NCBI GenBank assembly: GCA_021790255.1
Contig: JAJYIE010000001.1
Coordinates: forward strand, 4,165-68,164
Source of the DNA: a bacterium
Lineage (GTDB): Bacteria > Patescibacteriota > Microgenomatia > Daviesbacterales > UBA10151
Direction of reading: 5' to 3'
Length of the DNA: 64,000 nt
Shown here piece by piece: positions 56,982 to 64,000 of this stretch (position 1 is its first letter; each line of letters starts with the position of its first letter). The translations under genes were made by a program, and so were the position numbers. Below the pieces are notes generated by a model. The model had not been told where the DNA came from. It worked only from the letters and a program-made list of their open reading frames with translations, and did not search any database.

Positions 56982-59900
56982 TTACCCGCTTCCCGGGCCC
57001 GACCTGAAATTGTTTTTAGCGGTTTTCAGTAAATTTATCTTATGCGTCGAGCCTCTCCCTCTTTTTCCCTGGGTTTTTCTTCTAACAAACAGGGGGATTA
57101 GGACACCCAAGGACAGCAGATAGACGAGCCTTTCCGGAATAATAATATAGTTCCAGTTTAAAGTATACGGAGAGGATGTGCCTGAGGTCCACTCGGCAAA
57201 GACCCTTCCTGAGGCAGGCAGACTGGCAGTAAGGTAACGGGGAGTGGTGCCTGTCGTCCAGCCTGTTGAGGCCTCTTTGGTCCCCCATGATCCTGAGAAG
57301 TAGCGGGAATAATAAATTGCCGGAGTGGCGCTTTTAATATACAGAACATAAATATCTCCGTTGGCAGTATCCGAGGTGATACTTACAGATGACATCCCGC
57401 CTGTTGAGTCAACTCTGGTAGGTGAAGCGTCCCATGAAGTGCCGTTGTATTTTTTATACTGGACATAACCTGAGGAGTCAATGTAAGCAAGATGGGTATT
57501 ATAACTTGAGTCAAAGGTTGTCGAGATACCGTTGGCAAAGCCTGTCTGGCCGGTAGCAATACTGTCCAGCGTTTGCCAACCGGATCCGGAAATCCACTTC
57601 TTGCCTTCAATTGCTGTCCCGCGAATCCAGGTAGCGTAAATATTGCCTGAGGCAGCAGGTTCCAGGGCCCCGTAAAGGTTGGGGTCGGTATTTGTGCCTG
57701 AAGAAAGTGAAACGGCTGCGTTCCAGCTCGAGGGATTCTGGATACTGGTTGACTGGACGCCATACATGGCAATATAGCGGCCGCCGGTCGTGCTGTATGA
57801 TTGACCCAAGACCCAAAGGTAACCGTTGGTGTCCTGGCCGATATACGCCAGATGGTATAAAGAAGACGAGGAACCAGTCAAGGCAACATAGCCCGAAGCA
57901 TCCCAGCTGATATTGGTGGCAGAAACCGTGCCGCGCCTGACCATAATGCTGTATGAGTTGGCCCCGGTTGTTTCAAAATAGGCAATATATATATAGGAAG
58001 AAGAGTAGTCTTTAAAGACTGAAAAATCAGCTGTGTTTTCCGCCAAAGGTGAAATAGCCGTCCAGCCGGTATTCCAGGGAGAGGCGCTGTATTCAATCTT
58101 AATATCCAGGCCGGTGCTGTCATACGAGAAGCGCCAGTAAGATCCGCCGGTGGCATCATAAAAAGTTTTTCTCTGGAAAGAGTAAGCAGTAATCCCGCCG
58201 TCTGCCGCCCCGCCGCAGGTATCAGAGGTAATAACCCAGTTACTATTGTCTCCCGAGTCGGATGAATCAATTGCCCCAATCCGCGCTATATTATTTGAGT
58301 CTTTAATGTCGGCAAACCTGACGGCTCCCGTTGCCGAGACATTTAAAGCATACTGGCTGCCTGCTAAATCTGAATACAGCTTGACTTTACTGCTGCAGGC
58401 TCCCCCGCTCGCTGTAAGCGTCCCCGTCACATTCGTCTGGTGAAGATGGTCAAAGTCAACCTCCTTTGAGGCGGTAGAAACGGTTAGGTTATAAAAGCTG
58501 GTGGCAACAGAGTATGTAAGAACCGATGCCCCGGCTCCGTTGAATGTAACCGTGCCGGAGTTGGCGGTAAAAGTGCCGTTATTGGTAAAGTTGCCGGAGA
58601 TGGTAAAACCAGCAGAGCCGGAGGCAGAGAAGGTATGGCCGGAGCCGATCGTCAAGTTGCCGGTGATATTTATGGCAGGATTGTTAGTGCTTGCATTGAC
58701 GGTTAAAGTCCCTGCTCCTGAAGTAGTAAAATTCCCGTTAACAGTCAGTGTACCGCTGTTTAAATAATAAATTTGTGTGCCTGAGGCCGGAGCAAAACTT
58801 AAAGCATTATAAGTTGTAGCCTCAATATCAGAGGCAGATGTGCCGGTAAAGGTGGTAGTTGCGGGGGCAGTAAATGTCCCTCCGTTAATATAAAGGGGCC
58901 GGGATGTTGTTTGTCCTGAACCGGTTAAAGTTAATGTTTCTGTTGACCCGGAATATGTTCCCCCTGTAACAATATGGAGTTCTGGTGTGGTTACATTTGT
59001 TCCGGGAGCGTATGATCCCATTACGTGCAGCTCTGATCCTGAAACAGTTAAATTATTGCTTCCATCACAGGTAAAAAGGTTATCCCCTGAGGGAGGATAA
59101 GTGGAAAAAGAGCATATATTGGCATTTGTTGTAGAGGAGGAGTTATTGTTGGTAACAGCCAGCCTTCCTATGTATAAGTTGAGGTTGGAGATGGTAGCAG
59201 CGCCAAAAATGGTAGTTGTGTTGGCATTATTTGTGGCTCCGGAAATATAAACCATCACTTTGGCTCCGGCCGCGGCAGTTATGCCTGAGAAAGTAAATGT
59301 GCTTTGACCTGCAGAAACAGTTGTGGTGGTTGGAGCAGCGTTATTGACGGACAAAGCTACGGTATAACCTGTGGTATCAGGGGTCGTCTCGTCAGATTGG
59401 TAAATAGTCCCGCCGATTGAAGGGTACGGGGTAAACGGCGACCCGGTAATTGTCACGCCGGTATCGTAGTTCAGGTAACCGTCAGCCTGGAAGATTTTGT
59501 AGGAGTAAGTAGTCCCATTAGTGACAGTCGTATCAGTGCAGTTGACAGCCGTGGAGTAAGCATCGGTTGTTCTCACACAGGCCACAGTTGCACTGCCGAT
59601 GGTATTCCCGGCGCTGTAACTTGAGCCTTCTGCCGGGACATCAGATCCGGGGGTCGAGGCGGTCCAGCGCAGGAGCACCGACTGGGAAAAGTCGGTGCTT
59701 GAAGAGGTGGTCCAGTTGATGGTCACGGAGTTGCCCCCAACCGACCCCGAAGTTGAGGTAGCCCCGTTGGGTGAGAGGTTGTCAATTGTGACGGTAGCTG
59801 AGGCACCGTCGCTACCAGCATGGGCATTAGTGGAAGTAAAAGCGGTGACTGTCCCTGTTATGGCGTACGATCCCCCCGGAGGAGCAGGCATGGCTGAGGC

Positions 59901-62900
59901 GGATTTGGGGGTGATGCGCACTTTGAAGGTGGTAAGGGTGGTTGTCACAGCGATGTTGCAGCCGGTAAAGCTTAAAGTTGTCGAGGCGGGGTTGGTAATG
60001 GAGGTGCACTGGGCGGTGTTGGAGGTGTCGGTAATATCCGCCTGGCCGATACCGGTGTAGGAGTTTAAGGTCACCGTTAGGGCAGTTACCGTATCGGTCG
60101 CGGCGGAAGTTTGCAGAGTAAAAGCATCCAAATCGGTGGCAGCCCCACCCGGGCCGATGGTGACATTGGAGGGATTTGTCCCGTCCCCTAAGGTAGTGGT
60201 TTTGGGGTCAAGTGCCAATTGCCAGGGGTGAAGCTCAGTAAAAATAACCTGTCCTTTCTCAGAAACCCTGGACGGGCCTAAAGCATACAAAGCCGGGGAG
60301 ATTTTTGGGGCCTGATAAGTATAACTTAAGGTTGCGCTCTTCCCCGCCGCTAGGTTAATATTCCAGTCAATCTTCTGATCGGTCATCCCTGCTCCATTAT
60401 TTTGGATTCCTGCCTGCGCAGAAATGACGGAAGATGCAGAAGCGGGAGAAACGGATTTGATGACAAAGCCTGCAGGAACCGCCTCTTCTACCACTCCGTT
60501 GGTAATCCGCCGGGCGGCTGTTACCTTCATAGTCATGGTGTAAGCGGACAGGAAAGGATTGATTCTGGTAGCCCCGACTCTTTGAATAGCCAGCGGATCA
60601 CCACTCCTCACCACAAAAAAGGATGAGGCGTCAGCTCCGTTGTCGGTGTTGGTCAGCTGAATGTCATATTGTCCGGCGGAGAAGGTTGAAATATAGGCAA
60701 AATAGTCCGGCGAATTGGTAAAATTATCCGGCCCGCATGTTGGTGATGTCCGAACCCCGGGGTGCAAAACTACCCCCTCAGGAGTTGTAACAGTCAGAGT
60801 CAGGTTAGAGGTGCAGAGGGTGTGTCCGTTATTATCTAACGAGGCCATCTGAATATAGGCGCTTTCCCCTGATACATAAACTGTCTTGTCAGTATTTATG
60901 GCCAAGACTCCCCACAAAAAGTCCTGGCTCATAACCTTGCCTGATGAACCGGTGATTTGCAGTGTCATTTTTCCCGGGTGGGTACCCTGAGGAAAGTTTA
61001 GCTGCAGGCTGTGACTGCTTCCGTTTGTCTGGGCGCTGCTTGAAAAGTTGACCTTTTCGCCAAAGGAGTCCAAAACCGTAAAGCGGTAGAAGGAGGCTGC
61101 GTGACCACCCAGGTTGATATTTACGGATTCCCCTGCCTGGTATGCTTTCTTCGGCAAGGCAAAGGTCGGATCAAAGAACGAGTTTATTGCCGGGGTTGGA
61201 GTGGTGGTTGGGGCCAGAGTAACTGCCGCTGCCGGGGTATCGCTATACACTACCCACGGGTTTCCTTCCTCAAAAACGCTCACCAATTGCGCTTGTGGTG
61301 CCGTCAGCTCCTGCGCCAAGACCCGGGTCGCTCCAATCTCCCCAATACCCCCAACCTGAACGTGTGATAGTGTTTGCAGTATTGCGTGATAGATTGATGT
61401 AGTGATGGAAGTAATTTCGTTGATAACCCCTGCAAACAAATTACCACCTGAAGTTACCGGTTGTAATCCGGACACCGCTTTGCTGCCGTTTGCAAGGTAA
61501 GCTTGAAATGCAGGAGATGCTGTCGCCGAAGCTCCCAATATCTGAGCTGATGGTGTGGCAGAAACCGTTGATTCTGTTAACTTGTTACTGCGAGCCGAAG
61601 GCAGAGTGGGGGTGGGCGTTATCTCTTTTTCCTGCTGAATTATAAGCGGTCCGAATGAATAATCAACCGGCGAGGCAGCAGAGGTTTGGAAAATGTATGA
61701 AAACCCCGCTGCCTTACCTCCCTTTAAATTAACTGTCCAGGTTAAGGTAGCCGAACCGTCTAAATTGGGAGTTTGAGTAAGTCCGGTGGAAGGCTGGACA
61801 CTCGCCACGCTCACCCCCGCAGGTACAGTTTCTTTTACCAAACCCGTGAAGTCATCTACGGTGGTGAGGGTAAACTTCATCCGCTGGTCCCCGTCTTTGG
61901 AATAGATCCTGACAGGAGCCTGTCTTGTGACGGTAAACTGCGGCTTAACCTCAGTTTTGATATATGAGGTAATAGCCGCATTTGTATCAGTATTTATCAG
62001 TGTGATAGTGTATGTACCTACCTCGGATAAGGTGAAGGCTGAGGTGTAATCAGGGTTTTGCGGTGTCTGGCCAGCCCGGCAGTTGTGAACTTGCATTATG
62101 GCCGGTTTTAATGTTAGGCCCGACGGCGTGGTAATGGTTAAAGCAAGGTTTGCATCGCACAAAAGGTGGCCCGAATCTCCGGTTGCTTCCATATAGAGAC
62201 TGGCCCTTTCCCCTACTTTGTACAAAGAGGAGCTGCTGTTTAGCGCCAAAGTCCCCCAGCTAAACGGCAGGGAAATTACTTTTCCTCCTGTGTCAGTTAA
62301 GCTAAGGGTATATTTTCCGGGGACAAACGTTCCTTTTTGGGTAATAACTAAAACATCAGACCCTGTACCATCTTCTTCGCTTATTACAACCGGCACAACC
62401 TCCCCGTTGTAACTGGTTAGTTTTACACCCAGATGGTCCAGGTGAGACGAGCCGATGTTCACCTTCACCACCTCTTCTGCCTTAAGGCTTGTCTTCTCTA
62501 AACTCATCTGACCGGTTAGATCTGATGGTTGGTTGAGCCCCGAAAACTTGCCGCTTAAAAAATCCTTCAGTGATAGAACAGGAGAGAGAATAGCGGGCAG
62601 GGAGCCGGAAGAGGTCGAAGATGGGGATGAAGAGGCAGAAGGCGCTACAGTGGGAGTGGGTCCCGGAGCAGGGGTAGGAACAATTGTTGGTGCAGGCATT
62701 GTGGTTGGCGTGGGTGTGTTGTCACCAGCGGAGGAAGCGGCAGCGACAACTCCGGAATCTGATACTGAAGGCCGGGATGATGATGCTGCAGGTGTGGGCG
62801 TGGGGGTAACTGATATAGTTTGAGCACTTTGGCTAGCCTCAGATGAGGTATTTTGCAAGATTTGGGATGAACCACTTTGCACAGCGCCAGGGGCAAGAAG

Positions 62901-64000
62901 TACACCTGATGATGTGCCCTGGGCATAAGCCGGAGCAGGGCTAAAGTATGGAGCATAGGGGGCCAAAGATAGAACGGTATTGGTTACGAGCAGGAGCATG
63001 GCAAGAAATGCTTTTGATGCATAGCGCCAGCCGCGCCTTGGCAGGGCAAATGAATCAAAGCGTGAGTTTGCAGATGTCAGGGCGAGGTAGGGTGTGGCGG
63101 AACTGTTAGCAGACAGACTGAATGCCGCCCTGGAACCTGAGAAAATCCCTGACACAAGACGGTAAAACGTTCCCCTGGTAAATACATCCGTGACCCTTCC
63201 TGTTTTGGGTGTCCTGAACCACCCACCCTCTTTTTCTTCGGTAAACCCTTTGACGGCAGCATAAGCCTGGAATGGCACGATTAGGTAACATAGAACAACA
63301 AATGAGGCAATTCCAAGGTAATCTTTTTCCTCTGACTCTTCCAGAAAAAGCCCGACGATATTTACAAGGGGAAGGGATAACATATTTGTGAGAACCAGCG
63401 ACCAGCCCCAAAGAGATGTCCAGAAAGGAAGCCTGACCTGGAAAGCCACCTCAGCCAAAAGCCAGGAAAAAGTCCCCAAAAGAAAGAAGAAGGCCTGAAG
63501 ATAATACGGGGCAAGGTATACTGTTTCAAACTTTTCTGCTCCGGTTAAGTTTTGGGAAACAAGAAGTTTTCTGAGCATCAGCTTAATATTAAAAGAGTGC
63601 CCCTCCGCCCATCGCATCCTCTGTCTGATAAGCCTCTTGAATGTTGACACACACTCTGCGGGAGCCTGAATGTATGGAGTGTAAACTACTTTATAGCCCG
63701 CCTCATAAAGGCGCAGGGTCAACTCAAAATCTTCAGTAATGGACGACCCCCAGCCCACCTTCTGCAGCGGATCTTTGCGGATCATATACACTGAGCCTGA
63801 GATCATCTTCAGCCCCCCGTAAAGCTCAGTTCCGGCACGCTCGATAACATAAGATCCTGCATACTCGGTTCTTATCCCTCTGGTAATCCAGTTTTCTGAT
63901 TTGTTTAAAACATGCCACTGGTATCCCTGAACTGCTGCAACTTTGGAGCTGGTGTAATCTTCTGATCCGTTATTTTGTACTTTGAAATACTTTAAGAAGA
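56982..64000 (-). CDS. Giant fusion of cellulose-synthase-like GT2, internal signal peptide, ~1980-aa surface protein and IPE-TM-basic tail (5' end beyond window)
   Basis: Frame is open from 63806 to the edge (FLKYFK...VQGYQWH...); TED, QRMRW and FRTPK motifs; AYA-Q site; IIIPERLVYLLSLGVLIPLFVRRK. Confidence 0.9.
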   Translation of the reverse strand, partial: FLKYFKVQNNGSEDYTSSKVAAVQGYQWHVLNKSENWITRGIRTEYAGSYVIERAGTELYGGLKMISGSVYMIRKDPLQKVGWGSSITEDFELTLRLYEAGYKVVYTPYIQAPAECVSTFKRLIRQRMRWAEGHSFNIKLMLRKLLVSQNLTGAEKFETVYLAPYYLQAFFFLLGTFSWLLAEVAFQVRLPFWTSLWGWSLVLTNMLSLPLVNIVGLFLEESEEKDYLGIASFVVLCYLIVPFQAYAAVKGFTEEKEGGWFRTPKTGRVTDVFTRGTFYRLVSGIFSGSRAAFSLSANSSATPYLALTSANSRFDSFALPRRGWRYASKAFLAMLLLVTNTVLSLAPYAPYFSPAPAYAQGTSSGVLLAPGAVQSGSSQILQNTSSEASQSAQTISVTPTPTPAASSSRPSVSDSGVVAAASSAGDNTPTPTTMPAPTIVPTPAPGPTPTVAPSASSSPSSTSSGSLPAILSPVLSLKDFLSGKFSGLNQPSDLTGQMSLEKTSLKAEEVVKVNIGSSHLDHLGVKLTSYNGEVVPVVISEEDGTGSDVLVITQKGTFVPGKYTLSLTDTGGKVISLPFSWGTLALNSSSSLYKVGERASLYMEATGDSGHLLCDANLALTITTPSGLTLKPAIMQVHNCRAGQTPQNPDYTSAFTLSEVGTYTITLINTDTNAAITSYIKTEVKPQFTVTRQAPVRIYSKDGDQRMKFTLTTVDDFTGLVKETVPAGVSVASVQPSTGLTQTPNLDGSATLTWTVNLKGGKAAGFSYIFQTSAASPVDYSFGPLIIQQEKEITPTPTLPSARSNKLTESTVSATPSAQILGASATASPAFQAYLANGSKAVSGLQPVTSGGNLFAGVINEITSITTSIYHAILQTLSHVQVGGIGEIGATRVLAQELTAPQAQLVSVFEEGNPWVVYSDTPAAAVTLAPTTTPTPAINSFFDPTFALPKKAYQAGESVNINLGGHAASFYRFTVLDSFGEKVNFSSSAQTNGSSHSLQLNFPQGTHPGKMTLQITGSSGKVMSQDFLWGVLAINTDKTVYVSGESAYIQMASLDNNGHTLCTSNLTLTVTTPEGVVLHPGVRTSPTCGPDNFTNSPDYFAYISTFSAGQYDIQLTNTDNGADASSFFVVRSGDPLAIQRVGATRINPFLSAYTMTMKVTAARRITNGVVEEAVPAGFVIKSVSPASASSVISAQAGIQNNGAGMTDQKIDWNINLAAGKSATLSYTYQAPKISPALYALGPSRVSEKGQVIFTELHPWQLALDPKTTTLGDGTNPSNVTIGPGGAATDLDAFTLQTSAATDTVTALTVTLNSYTGIGQADITDTSNTAQCTSITNPASTTLSFTGCNIAVTTTLTTFKVRITPKSASAMPAPPGGSYAITGTVTAFTSTNAHAGSDGASATVTIDNLSPNGATSTSGSVGGNSVTINWTTSSSTDFSQSVLLRWTASTPGSDVPAEGSSYSAGNTIGSATVACVRTTDAYSTAVNCTDTTVTNGTTYSYKIFQADGYLNYDTGVTITGSPFTPYPSIGGTIYQSDETTPDTTGYTVALSVNNAAPTTTTVSAGQSTFTFSGITAAAGAKVMVYISGATNNANTTTIFGAATISNLNLYIGRLAVTNNNSSSTTNANICSFSTYPPSGDNLFTCDGSNNLTVSGSELHVMGSYAPGTNVTTPELHIVTGGTYSGSTETLTLTGSGQTTSRPLYINGGTFTAPATTTFTGTSASDIEATTYNALSFAPASGTQIYYLNSGTLTVNGNFTTSGAGTLTVNASTNNPAINITGNLTIGSGHTFSASGSAGFTISGNFTNNGTFTANSGTVTFNGAGASVLTYSVATSFYNLTVSTASKEVDFDHLHQTNVTGTLTASGGACSSKVKLYSDLAGSQYALNVSATGAVRFADIKDSNNIARIGAIDSSDSGDNSNWVITSDTCGGAADGGITAYSFQRKTFYDATGGSYWRFSYDSTGLDIKIEYSASPWNTGWTAISPLAENTADFSVFKDYSSSYIYIAYFETTGANSYSIMVRRGTVSATNISWDASGYVALTGSSSSLYHLAYIGQDTNGYLWVLGQSYSTTGGRYIAMYGVQSTSIQNPSSWNAAVSLSSGTNTDPNLYGALEPAASGNIYATWIRGTAIEGKKWISGSGWQTLDSIATGQTGFANGISTTFDSSYNTHLAYIDSSGYVQYKKYNGTSWDASPTRVDSTGGMSSVSITSDTANGDIYVLYIKSATPAIYYSRYFSGSWGTKEASTGWTTGTTPRYLTASLPASGRVFAEWTSGTSSPYTLNWNYIIIPERLVYLLSLGVLIPLFVRRKTQGKRGRGSTHKINLLKTAKNNFRSGPGSG
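60382..60430. repeat. REP/RPE-like palindromic remnant in frame within the giant ORF
   Basis: Minus strand CCGTCATTTCTGCGCAGGCAGGAATCCA...CAGGGATGAC, encoding VISAQAGIQ...GMT. Confidence 0.65.

Noticed and set aside
413-63411. Numerous 60-150-aa ORFs antisense or out of frame to identified genes
   Set aside because: Shadow ORFs with no motifs, overlapping well-supported CDSs
1-64000. tRNA, rRNA, integrase, transposase or prophage genes
   Set aside because: None recognised by eye; a tRNAscan-SE/Infernal/HMM run would be needed to exclude them fully

Overview
Bacterial chromosomal window using the standard code. Gene style (short intergenic spaces, ATGA overlaps, many apparently leaderless sigma70 promoters, atypical bL28, membrane-anchored Clp ATPase, stand-alone PaaX/Cas2-like gene) suggests a Patescibacteria/CPR, Microgenomates-like genome; this is inference. 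1-27 kb is mostly housekeeping: tmk, dut, a nucleotide kinase, dCMP deaminase, pyrG, topA, Clp ATPase, dprA, mrdA-mreD-mreC, mreB, O-antigen-ligase/TPR protein, def, fmt, rpmB, M50 protease, class A PBP and a probable 6S RNA. 27.8-64 kb is a large surface-glycosylation island: ArsR-IscS-IscU plus an FNR-like reductase, 4 radical SAM enzymes (3 B12-binding type), 3 SAM methyltransferases, an epimerase, GT2, GT4 and about 7 GT-C-like membrane proteins. It ends in a >2300-aa ORF, open past the right edge, fusing a cellulose-synthase-like GT2 via an internal signal peptide to a ~1980-aa Ser/Thr-rich surface protein with an IPE-TM-basic tail. Best candidates for undescribed systems: (1) that synthase/surface-protein polyprotein and its island; (2) a wHTH-Cas2-like gene bracketed by two perfect palindromes sharing a 16-bp core, with an orphan copy 15 kb away. 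dprA carries an in-frame TAG before an intact winged-helix domain, and many genes contain short 7-9-nt periodic or palindromic in-frame inserts. No tRNA, rRNA or CRISPR array was seen. All calls are by-eye motif recognition; no database searches were run.
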